Origin: an uncultured Alphaproteobacteria bacterium
GTDB lineage: Bacteria > Pseudomonadota > Alphaproteobacteria > RF32 > CAG-239
Direction: 5' to 3'
DNA length: 64,000 bases
NCBI GenBank assembly: GCA_944390455.1
Contig: CALXPU010000003.1
Coordinates: 5,099-69,098, forward strand
Position 1 is the first letter of the stretch. Each line of letters opens with the position of its first letter. Made by a program: the position numbers and the translations under genes. Under the pieces are notes generated by a model, which was given only the letters and a program-made list of their open reading frames with translations, had not been told where the DNA came from and did no database searches. Positions 20,701 to 28,080 of the stretch are shown piece after piece.

Positions 20701-21480
20701 CAGTTCATCCAAGCTCAGTTTTACAACTTTATCTTTACAATTTTCTTCATTTAAATCCGGAGCAAAATTCAAAATATTTACATTTTCAACTTCTTTTATG
20801 CTACGCCCCTGACGATTGAAGAATATATTTTTTCCTTCTTTACCTACGGTAAAAGATGCGGCTATGCGTCCATCCGGATAATAGGTGATTACGTTTCCCT
20901 GACGAATCGTTTGCTGAATTTTGTTTTTATCTTTATCTTCAACTTTAGGCAACACCCACGGAATTTCTTGACGGAGCACGCCGTTATTGTCATAGCGTTT
21001 CTCTGTTCCTATTTTATTATTTTCATTCAGGTAGGTAGCTTGACCAGCGAGTTTTCCGTTAGGATAAAAGTCTTCCGCATAGAAGCCTTGACTGCCTTCC
21101 ATTGCTGTTATTTGACGAGAAATTTGTCCGTTAGGGTGATAATAATTGAGAACTTTTTTAATTACTTCGCTATCTCTAATTGTCTTTTCGGCAATTACTT
21201 TTCCATCAGGGGAAAGTAATTTTTCTATATAACCGTCTTCTGTTTCTTCTTTGATAATTTTAGGCTTATCCGCCGTATTCTCCGTTGTTTCTTCCTTATT
21301 TAAAGGTACAACGTTTTTCACCTCTGCTTGTGCTTTTTGTTGAAGTGCAGCCGCTTTTTCTTCATCTAATTGATAAATACCGGTTGAAGATGAATCTTGT
21401 TGTACAATGGCTGAGTTTGCCCACACTAACGCCGGCAAAGATACAGTTAACATTAAAGCTAAACTAAGTGATTTTTTCAT
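17728..21480 (-). CDS. Large exported MORN-variant (YwqK-like) repeat protein
   Basis: Signal peptide MKKSLSLALMLTVSLPALVWA; many YYPNG.L/NG.K.G repeats; central Pro/Ala/Glu/Lys-rich linker. Confidence 0.8.
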   Translation of the reverse strand: MKKSLSLALMLTVSLPALVWANSAIVQQDSSSTGIYQLDEEKAAALQQKAQAEVKNVVPLNKEETTENTADKPKIIKEETEDGYIEKLLSPDGKVIAEKTIRDSEVIKKVLNYYHPNGQISRQITAMEGSQGFYAEDFYPNGKLAGQATYLNENNKIGTEKRYDNNGVLRQEIPWVLPKVEDKDKNKIQQTIRQGNVITYYPDGRIAASFTVGKEGKNIFFNRQGRSIKEVENVNILNFAPDLNEENCKDKVVKLSLDELVELYEDEGDISYNKCGLPYRENFVYEIADIRGNMTSKISYDETGMIRKITPYVGGLKNGVEQKFDASGNLTAEINYKQGIKDGMANGYFPSKEVAFRKRYSNGKVSGTLTCYFPTGGVAAEFPYKNGIKEGVAKIYGPQAREIKFTDGKIDGAEPQTQQRMINPSKLGELSQPDKGCLDFENKRNELQLEVDANINTIKKAFEIDIPWDCIDFNSFKPENSNYACYDRLNRLRAVFPTGYNRGEYASETVYDEKGNRIYSIPYYQKQRQGIAQKFNENGDLLAEIPFNQDKQAESSRSYHPNGAVNEMITIADDGSKSVYVRYDKDGKLAFSANYSQNEKKDAFIAEPSKNKDIFIRFYDDKLDYVREVNATNPFNYIEYNLALGEYLVYKENKLIKGGHICGYEQVATPQETLPQSSVAKPEAEKILPPAEVKIADQSKATEAKEDKTFETIEQLNKAKSILTENVAETAKVMDNNKAQTVENVVKETKVIAEAEEPISDNDEKNAPVLKAESNQTTTMQEVQVSPKADIKEEKEKVSEEKAPTNTLEISASKPVASALPIITPKAVVKESAPKADIKATEKTKAPTKLNKKEVEVSPILPEEAAPMVEDLEPISFEDIKVKNAIIPTAEDKKEAELAAKNIGPVSKPDIEDLADVVSKEHLGQKAEQTEKAQEETQKLYYPNGNLRKTIKTKDGRTEEIKEYSKTGLLITDTMYEKDGILIEKYYGSGEIRRKTHKAYTDNAVMAFVSREDFYDNGNARYEIKRKPETLLFSDKEYYPEGKVKTETEQTGPLVFVTKQYAKDGKLSKETEQHGIAVIEKEYNDKGDIKSLKLNKADMPTNLAKNSTSLLKDSLKVYGKKGGVTSEFKSDGKSNTVVEYYGNGKVKTEIIFYNNGEISVKSYDKDGSLVKFAYLAPSGKLHIQKPSVQTIPSYRERYWVDYNNPRWIENQDKYSIKSIARLNLDTAAYVLAELKVDVPEVLKKLYDIYK

Positions 21481-21584
21481 AACAGCACCATAATCCCTAA
21501 AATTAAATATAAAGTTCTCCACTATTGATTTAAACATATATATCTTATTTTTTAAAGCATTAATTCTTATTTACACAACTTGAT

Positions 21585-22853
21585 TTAGGCGTGTGTGTTT
21601 TTCTGATGTTGCATCTTTTTTATTTCATTTAACATCAGATTTGCTTTTTGATTTTGAAATTCTTCACGACTGATTTTATGAGTTTTTAATAGAGATAAAC
21701 TTTCTCTAAATTCTGGAATTGTTTGTAATTTTATTGAGGAAACTTTATCGTATAAATCTTGTAGCTCTGTTGCTATGTCGTTAAAATTTTTCTCATCTTC
21801 CGGCGGAATTTTATAATCTCGCCCATGTATATCTGCTGACATTACGGCGATAAAACGCTGAAGATATATTCTTTGCGGAAAATTATGCAGTCCTATGGCT
21901 ATTTGCATTAATTGCTTTTTGACTTTTATCAATGGATTATGCGATACCATATGATTAAGTGCGCAAAAACGCGCAAATTTAGTATATGACGTCGGAAAAT
22001 GCATTCTCTTGGACATTATCTCAATTAGTTTATCCCCTAAAACATCATGCCCCTTGTGCGACGGCCATTTTTGCGGATTTGTTTCGCCTTTTCCTACGTC
22101 GTGCAAAAACGTTCCAAAATTAACAAAAGAATCATCTGATGATGCGGCTTGAATTGATAATAATGTATGTTGCCCGCTGTTTCCTTCCGGATGATAGTCT
22201 AATCTTTCCGGCACACTCCATAGTTTCTCTATTTCAGGAAAAATCTCTTGTAGTGCTCCACACTCTCTTGCCGTTAAGATAAATTTATCAAAATGCTTGC
22301 AATGCAACGCTTTTTCTATTTCATTCCAGATACGTTGATTACTCAAATTTTTCAACTCGCCGTTTTTTACCATCTGACGGCATAAATCCATTGTTTCCGG
22401 CGCTACTGTAAAATCCAATTGTGCGGCAAAACGACACATGCGCAAAATACGAAGGGGATCTTCACAAAAATGTGCGGAAATATGTCTTAAAATTCGCTTA
22501 TTTATATCTTCTATACCGTTATGAAAATCCAATATTTCATTTTTTTCTTCATCAAAATAAAGCGCATTACAGGTAAAATCACGGCGAAGCGAATCTTCTT
22601 CTAAAGTTATGTCTGGGGTAAATTCAAATTTAAAATCTTGATGTTTTTTCCCGATTTTTATTTCTTTTCGTGCTAATGCGTATTCTTCTCCGGTTTTGGG
22701 GTGCAAAAAAACAGGAAAGCTTTTACCTACTTTCTTAAAACCTAAGGCTAACATTTCAGCCTCTGAGCCTCCTAAAACGACAAAATCTCTATCTTGACTC
22801 CGACGTTTTAGTACCCTATCCCGAACGGCTCCGCCAACCTGATAAAAACGCAT
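21585..22853 (-). CDS. cca: CCA-adding tRNA nucleotidyltransferase with HD domain
   Basis: YQVGGAVRD, DRDFVV, EYALARKE, RRDFTCNA, EDPLRILR..RF, YHPE, LHDVGKG. Confidence 0.93.
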   Translation of the reverse strand: MRFYQVGGAVRDRVLKRRSQDRDFVVLGGSEAEMLALGFKKVGKSFPVFLHPKTGEEYALARKEIKIGKKHQDFKFEFTPDITLEEDSLRRDFTCNALYFDEEKNEILDFHNGIEDINKRILRHISAHFCEDPLRILRMCRFAAQLDFTVAPETMDLCRQMVKNGELKNLSNQRIWNEIEKALHCKHFDKFILTARECGALQEIFPEIEKLWSVPERLDYHPEGNSGQHTLLSIQAASSDDSFVNFGTFLHDVGKGETNPQKWPSHKGHDVLGDKLIEIMSKRMHFPTSYTKFARFCALNHMVSHNPLIKVKKQLMQIAIGLHNFPQRIYLQRFIAVMSADIHGRDYKIPPEDEKNFNDIATELQDLYDKVSSIKLQTIPEFRESLSLLKTHKISREEFQNQKANLMLNEIKKMQHQKNTHA

Positions 22854-22953
22854 TTTTCTTCCTTTCTTTAGGTGGTAATGTAATAAAATAAACTCAATTT
22901 TGCAAGGTGTTTATCCGGTGCTTAAAAAAAATATCAAAAATCAAAAAAAACTA

Positions 22954-22981
22954 TTGCAAAAAAAAATCTTTTGGTTATAGT
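22954..22981 (+). promoter_or_regulatory. Sigma70-like promoter of tRNA-Lys
   Basis: TTGCAA-N16-TATAGT with upstream A-tracts. Confidence 0.55.
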
Positions 22982-23000
22982 CATTGAAGATTTTGGTTAT

Positions 23001-23077
23001 GGATGCGTAGCTCAGTTGGCTAGAGCAACTGACTCTTAATCAGTGGGTCCAGGGTTCGAATCCCTGCGCGTCTACCA
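23001..23077 (+). tRNA. tRNA-Lys (anticodon CTT), probable prophage integration target
   Basis: Cloverleaf: D arm GCTC/GAGC, anticodon arm ACTGA-CTCTTAA-TCAGT, T arm CAGGG-TTCGAAT-CCCTG, encoded CCA. Confidence 0.97.
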
Positions 23078-23079
23078 CT

Positions 23080-23153
23080 ACATCCCCTTGTATTTACGTG
23101 TTTTATTTTGTGTTTTAGTTAGGGCATTGTTTGCAAGGGGATGTTCTTTTTTT
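23080..23153 (+). terminator. Long-loop inverted repeat/terminator after the tRNA
   Basis: ACATCCCCTTG (23080-90) / CAAGGGGATGT (23134-44), then a T run. Confidence 0.55.
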
Positions 23154-23169
23154 GCGATTCGTTTCATTA

Positions 23170-23191
23170 AATTAGCACAAAATTAGCACAA
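23170..23191. repeat. Tandem 11-bp direct repeat, candidate integrase arm-binding sites
   Basis: AATTAGCACAA twice, about 95 bp from the tRNA end. Confidence 0.55.
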
Positions 23192-23208
23192 TATTTTTAG
23201 TTTCGTTT

Positions 23209-23668
23209 TTTCCATTTTGGAAAGAGTTGAACTTGTAAGGATTGCTTACTTGTTCAACCTGTGCAAATTTTGCACAAGTTCAGTCGGTGACATTTTGTCA
23301 GCAACTGTTCGATTTTTTCGAATAGTTCGGTTTTTCCGATTTTTCTTTCTAAGGACATTTATGTCATTACCAAATTGTTGGCATCAACAAAATGGCTTCA
23401 TTTTATTGAATATCAATAAAAATTGTGTGTCATCGTTATTTGTTTGCACCATATTTCCCTCTTGGTGAAAATGGTGTCATTTTGTCACCGGTTCGTTATC
23501 CTGCAAAAAATGTGATTGCAGTCCTATATTTCCCTGCTAAAAGTGTGATTATTTTCCATTTTTTCGTGCCTAAAATATAATTCTGTGAGATTTTTTCACA
23601 CAAAACGGTATTTATTATGGCGGATTCGCCATATTAAAAAAGAACTGTCAAGCAAAACTTGACAGTTC
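23209..23668. repeat. Array of about 14 heterogeneous short palindromes
   Basis: e.g. AACCTGTGCAAATTTTGCACAAGTT, AACTGTTCGATTTTTTCGAATAGTT, TTTTATTGAATATCAATAAAA, TATGGCGGATTCGCCATA, GAACTGTCAAGCAAAACTTGACAGTTC. Confidence 0.9.
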
Positions 23669-23771
23669 CACCTATTACCGATATTTAGCTGATACCTAAT
23701 ACCTTATAAAAAAATTATCTATTGCCCTAGATAATTTTATATTAGTTCATCCCCATAAACTATCAATATTT

Positions 23772-24008
23772 TTAACGACTTTTCCCCATATACATTTGCA
23801 ACATTTTATCTGCTTGTATTTTCTTTTTAACCGCTTCAACAATACCATCATTTATAACACATCTTGTTTTATATTCGGGATAGGACTCAAGAACGCTCTT
23901 CACAAAATCAATCCATTTTTCTCGTTTTTCATAAGATATTGTAGGACATTTCCCAGGTATATACATGCCAACATAATCGTCAAACTTAACTATATATACT
24001 TCCCTCAT
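23772..24008 (-). CDS. Phage hypothetical protein
   Basis: 78-aa ORF with GGGGGAG RBS. Confidence 0.6.
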   Translation of the reverse strand: MREVYIVKFDDYVGMYIPGKCPTISYEKREKWIDFVKSVLESYPEYKTRCVINDGIVEAVKKKIQADKMLQMYMGKSR

Positions 24009-24113
24009 CGCTCCCCCTTTAATATTTTTCTTGATATTCAGCCAAACATTTTGCCATATCTAACGGCGTTTTAATTCTATCAATACATGTTATAGGCTCA
24101 CGTGGTGCCTCGA

Positions 24114-24689
24114 CTAAATAAAAATCCAATGCATATTTCCAGCTGTTTTTCTAATCCCTTTACATACCAGACTTATACCCGAAGGATTTATCCCTGTATT
24201 TCTATAAGCTTCTTTGCAAGACGTATATATTTTTCCTGTTTCTACACATTTTACAGCATGCTTAAATGCAGAAAGAGATTTTTTTAATTTAGTTTCTGAG
24301 GTATCTTTAATTCCTGTTCTTCCTATTTTATATTTTTCTAAGCTTATCGGATTTCTATTGTTTTCTGAACGAGTAACCCATCTTAAATTACTGATGGAAT
24401 TATTTGTTCTGTTCGTATCAATATGGTCAATTTCCGGTTTATTTTCAGGATTTGGTAAAAAAGCCTGTGCCACAAGCCTATGAATATAAAGACGTTTATT
24501 ATCCAATGAAATCTGTCTGTATCCAGTATCGCTTAAACAGGTTTTTAATATTTTTTCGGGCTTCACTTTTTTATATTGAAAACAGGAAATAATCCGTTCA
24601 ATACTTTTTATTCGTCCCAAAGAGCTTATTTGATATTTTGGATGTTCCGGAATATCTTTCCACACTTCTTCTACCATTGTTTTCTCCAT
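24114..24689 (-). CDS. NUMOD4-HNH homing endonuclease
   Basis: EVWKDIP..YQISSLGRIKS, IHRLVAQAF.PNP..IDHIDT.R.NN...NLRW. Confidence 0.92.
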   Translation of the reverse strand: MEKTMVEEVWKDIPEHPKYQISSLGRIKSIERIISCFQYKKVKPEKILKTCLSDTGYRQISLDNKRLYIHRLVAQAFLPNPENKPEIDHIDTNRTNNSISNLRWVTRSENNRNPISLEKYKIGRTGIKDTSETKLKKSLSAFKHAVKCVETGKIYTSCKEAYRNTGINPSGISLVCKGIRKTAGNMHWIFI

Positions 24690-24734
24690 AAAAAAAGCCC
24701 CCCTTTCAGGTGGCTAATGCTGTGTTTGTTAATT

Positions 24735-24899
24735 CTAATATTTTGCAGAATACTCCGCTAAACAGTTTAACATATCTCTAGGTGTCTTTATGCTGTCTAT
24801 ACAAAGAACAGGCTCTTTAGGCACCTCAACATAAACATATTCAGTTTTTGTTGTGCAACCGCTTAAAATTAAGCAACACAGGATTATCAGACAAATCAT
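24735..24899 (-). CDS. o-spanin (Rz1-like lipoprotein)
   Basis: Lipobox LSGC; overlaps the 3' end of the i-spanin in another frame. Confidence 0.7.
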   Translation of the reverse strand: MICLIILCCLILSGCTTKTEYVYVEVPKEPVLCIDSIKTPRDMLNCLAEYSAKY

Positions 24900-25146
24900 A
24901 ATTCCAATTAAAACCCGTCTTATCCTTGTCAATCTGTTTGTTGTTTTCCTGTTTAAGCTTATCGGCCGCCAGCGCTTTTTCGTTTCTTCTCGCAATTTCA
25001 CCCTCCAAAAAAGTTGATTTCCCTTTATACGCATTTAATTTCGTCTCCAACGCTTCAATTTCATTTCCGCGCTCAGTATATAAGTTAAACAAGATAAAGA
25101 TTACCACGCTCAAAAAAACGAACAAATAGGATAAAAATTTAGTCAT
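24841..25146 (-). CDS. i-spanin (Rz-like)
   Basis: N-terminal TM helix plus coiled coil, downstream of the endolysin. Confidence 0.7.
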   Translation of the reverse strand: MTKFLSYLFVFLSVVIFILFNLYTERGNEIEALETKLNAYKGKSTFLEGEIARRNEKALAADKLKQENNKQIDKDKTGFNWNYDLSDNPVLLNFKRLHNKN

Positions 25147-25336
25147 TTGGCACTTCCATCTTTGTTTCGGATGCACTTTTTCTAATTTGCTCTTTGTATT
25201 TTTCTATTTCTTTAGACAATTCACTTCTTCTATCCATAACTTCAAAATAATTTTCCCCTCGTGAATTGTACAAACAATTACGATTTATCTTACGCATATT
25301 GCTTTCAATGTCTGGTCTGTACACCCAAATATCCAT
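25139..25336 (-). CDS. Phage hypothetical protein in the lysis cassette
   Basis: 65 aa, tightly packed between endolysin and spanin. Confidence 0.55.
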   Translation of the reverse strand: MDIWVYRPDIESNMRKINRNCLYNSRGENYFEVMDRRSELSKEIEKYKEQIRKSASETKMEVPND

Positions 25337-25337
25337 C

Positions 25338-25820
25338 TTACTTCCTTAACCAAATACCATCACTAATCAATTTTGCGATTCTCCTGGCTCTTGCAGGTGT
25401 TTGTTGCGCATAAAGCGAATCTAAACACTCTTTAGATGCAAGCTGAAATTTACCCCAGCGCATATAATCTAGCATCTTTTTAAACTTGCATAAGCCCTCA
25501 TAACCGAGTTGAAAACACATATCAAGTAAAGCATATTGTCGCTCAATATCTAGCTTTGCATAAAAATCTATACCGGATAATTGTTTTAAGCAGATAGCTA
25601 TATCATTTCTTAATAACATTAAGGCGGCATTTCGTGTTATACCATGCCGCCAATCTCCCAACGCTCTTTTTTCAGCTTCCGTAAACTCTCTAGCTTCTAT
25701 ATTGTGCCCTATTCCTATGGTTAATTTCCCTTTTGAACATTTATAGGGTTTATCTCTAAAACCTTCATGAAATTCAAGACGGCGAGCTAACCAATCAAAA
25801 TCTTTATCAACTTTTATCAT
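25338..25820 (-). CDS. Endolysin, T4-lysozyme-like (GH24)
   Basis: HEGFR.KPYKCS.GKLTIGIGHN, AL.DM.FQLG, S.YA.QTP.RA.R. Confidence 0.9.
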   Translation of the reverse strand: MIKVDKDFDWLARRLEFHEGFRDKPYKCSKGKLTIGIGHNIEAREFTEAEKRALGDWRHGITRNAALMLLRNDIAICLKQLSGIDFYAKLDIERQYALLDMCFQLGYEGLCKFKKMLDYMRWGKFQLASKECLDSLYAQQTPARARRIAKLISDGIWLRK

Positions 25821-26121
25821 GATTCCTCCACATTTTAATAAAGTTCATAGGATCTTTTTCTACCGACTTTAATATACTTTCGGCAATCATAAATAACCGA
25901 ACAGCAAATAGTCCGCAAACTCCAGAAAGTCCATAACGAACAGAATCCGGCATATCAAAATACTCAAACATCAATCCTGATAACATACTAACTACAAAAG
26001 TTATAATTGCATCGCGAATACTATGTTTAATTGAAATAAAAGGTCGTATAAAAAAAGATATAACACCAAGAAACGCTCCCCAAATGGAATACGTTGCAAT
26101 TACTTCCTTAATTTTATCCAT
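25807..26121 (-). CDS. Holin (three predicted TM segments)
   Basis: Hydrophobic 104-aa ORF overlapping the endolysin start. Confidence 0.7.
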   Translation of the reverse strand: MDKIKEVIATYSIWGAFLGVISFFIRPFISIKHSIRDAIITFVVSMLSGLMFEYFDMPDSVRYGLSGVCGLFAVRLFMIAESILKSVEKDPMNFIKMWRNHDKS

Positions 26122-26194
26122 TTTAATCCCGAACAAAGAAGGAGGCAATAGCCCCCTATAATTATTTCTTTTCATAATAATCGCCCTTAAAGGA

Positions 26195-26401
26195 TTATAA
26201 TTCAGAATTTTCATGGTGTTCTTCTTTAAGATAATGCCAAGATTTAACAATATCTCTTTGAGTTGATGCCATATCTTTTGTAATATCGGACAATACACCA
26301 AGTAATTCGGCCGAAATTTTCTCCGGTCCTTCAAGTCTTGCTTCAACACGTTGCAAGATTTTATCTTTAAGGACATCTAATCTTTTCAAATATTCTTCCA
26401 T
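26195..26401 (-). CDS. Phage hypothetical protein (accessory cassette)
   Basis: 68-aa helical ORF, coupled to the upstream gene. Confidence 0.6.
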   Translation of the reverse strand: MEEYLKRLDVLKDKILQRVEARLEGPEKISAELLGVLSDITKDMASTQRDIVKSWHYLKEEHHENSEL

Positions 26402-26402
26402 T

Positions 26403-26717
26403 TTATATACCTTTCATTTTCAAAACAAAAGGTGATACTTTTGAATAAACATCAACCAATCTGAATTGATTGTCAGGTAATGGAATTTTATCACTTATGA
26501 TATTTTTAAGTTTTTTAACATCTACCAAACCTTGTTCATTCATACATGGAACAGCTAACTCTTCAAAAATAGTTATGTATTTTTGAACCTTATCAGATAA
26601 ATCATACTTAAAAATTCCAAATTTAATAATAAATCTTTCGGGCTCATACCCGCCAAATAAATCTGTTAAGAGTTTTTTCTCAAACAAATCTAATTCCATC
26701 TGCTGCATGTCATTCAT
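26403..26717 (-). CDS. Phage hypothetical protein (accessory cassette)
   Basis: 104-aa ORF, ATGA overlap. Confidence 0.6.
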   Translation of the reverse strand: MNDMQQMELDLFEKKLLTDLFGGYEPERFIIKFGIFKYDLSDKVQKYITIFEELAVPCMNEQGLVDVKKLKNIISDKIPLPDNQFRLVDVYSKVSPFVLKMKGI

Positions 26718-27121
26718 AGCATATCACCTTTTGTCTGTGCTCTTAGCTTTTCAAGCTCTTCCCTAAGTTCAATATTTTCCTGTTCTAAACTTTTGGCTTT
26801 TTCTGCACTTTCCTGCGCGACAGTAAAAACAACTGCAACGTAATTTTCGGCCAGCACATTAAATTGTGGAACTGAAACAAAATCATTTTTGAACTTTTCA
26901 AACAGCCAATCATCAAACACCGTTATCATCTTACGTCTTGCTTCTAACACATTTTTGTCATTAGCTACGTATGAAATTTGCGTTTCTGATAAACTATTTC
27001 TTATTGCGTCAAACTTATCCCAGACTTGCGCTTGCGACGTGATTTTTTGACCGCTTTCGGCGTTTCTTCTGAGCTCTTCAAGTTTACGCTCAAGTTCTGA
27101 AATTTTGTGTTGCTGTTCCAT
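26714..27121 (-). CDS. Phage coiled-coil hypothetical protein (accessory cassette)
   Basis: 135-aa ORF, GAGG RBS. Confidence 0.65.
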   Translation of the reverse strand: MEQQHKISELERKLEELRRNAESGQKITSQAQVWDKFDAIRNSLSETQISYVANDKNVLEARRKMITVFDDWLFEKFKNDFVSVPQFNVLAENYVAVVFTVAQESAEKAKSLEQENIELREELEKLRAQTKGDML

Positions 27122-27142
27122 AATTTTACCTCATTTAGACTA

Positions 27143-27655
27143 TTAAGCTGCGGGAGTAGACGTTGTTGTTGCGGGAGTAATTGTAACGTTACCCCACCCA
27201 GGGCAAACACTTGAATTTGGTACAACCAACTTAGTTAAAGCTTGAAGTTGAGCAATTTGCTGTTGCATGCAAGCAATAGTTGCCGTTGTTGTAGCATTAT
27301 TGACAGCGCTTTGTTTATCAAGAGCAGCATAAGCGGCTGCAAACTCTTTAAACTGAGCATTGAGCTTTTCATCATTTTTATTTGACAAAGCAATAGCTTC
27401 TTTGAAAACACCAATACCTACGGAATCAGCGTAACGTTCAGCTTTTTCTTTTGCCAATTCTGATTCAAGAGCAGAAATCTGGCGACTGTCCTTCTCATAA
27501 GAATTACATCCACCAAACAAACCACCAAATAAGCCATTACCGTAACCGTTGTTCATAAGAGCAAGGGCTGTACCGGCAATACCCAAACCAAGTCCTGCAC
27601 CACCAACACCAGCAGATGCAACACTTTTATCGCCTTCTGAAGTTTTAATAATCAT
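27143..27655 (-). CDS. Gly-rich hydrophobic N-terminus plus coiled-coil protein
   Basis: ASAGVGGAGLGLGIAGTALAL, coiled coil, C-terminal VCPGWG; GAGG RBS. Confidence 0.75.
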   Translation of the reverse strand: MIIKTSEGDKSVASAGVGGAGLGLGIAGTALALMNNGYGNGLFGGLFGGCNSYEKDSRQISALESELAKEKAERYADSVGIGVFKEAIALSNKNDEKLNAQFKEFAAAYAALDKQSAVNNATTTATIACMQQQIAQLQALTKLVVPNSSVCPGWGNVTITPATTTSTPAA

Positions 27656-27778
27656 AGTTTTAATCCTCAACTAATTTAAAAAAACAAAAAGGCGAAAAGC
27701 TTATAAATTATTTTATAAACATTTCCGCCTTCGAAGGCATTTTAAAAAAATAAACCACAATAATACACGCTTACATTT

Positions 27779-28054
27779 CTACTTTTGAGGACACTCTAAA
27801 AGCCTTGCAACGTAAGCAATCAAAAACTTTGAGGACATTGATAACGCTCTTTGATACCTTCTTGAAACTGTTTTTGTATCAACATTTATTTCATTTGCAT
27901 AAATCTTTTGCCATCCGCGTTTACATTTATGTCCTATAAAACCATCAATCAGGACTTCTTTATCTATTTGTCGAATAGGAAAAGAAAGAATAAGCCTTAT
28001 AGCGGTATCTGACGATAATCGTTGATACATATATTCGGCATATTCTTTTTCCAT
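27779..28054 (-). CDS. HTH protein, sigma-70 region-4-like
   Basis: YANEINVDTKTVSRRYQRAL helix-turn-helix pattern. Confidence 0.55.
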   Translation of the reverse strand: MEKEYAEYMYQRLSSDTAIRLILSFPIRQIDKEVLIDGFIGHKCKRGWQKIYANEINVDTKTVSRRYQRALSMSSKFLIAYVARLLECPQK

Positions 28055-28080
28055 TTTTTTACTTCCTTATTGCTTAAAAA

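Noticed and set aside
23217-23468. 83-aa plus-strand ORF
   Set aside because: TTG start without RBS, runs across the palindrome array, and has no protein-like composition; better explained as non-coding
23209-23668. CRISPR array or stacked terminators
   Set aside because: No constant repeat with spacers, no cas genes, and the AT-rich stems lack U-tails
23078-24100. Integrase next to the tRNA
   Set aside because: No recombinase ORF here; it is expected at the far end beyond position 64000
26122-26376. N-terminal extension of the 189-aa holin ORF
   Set aside because: Overlaps the 68-aa gene in another frame; the ATG at 26121 gives a typical holin length
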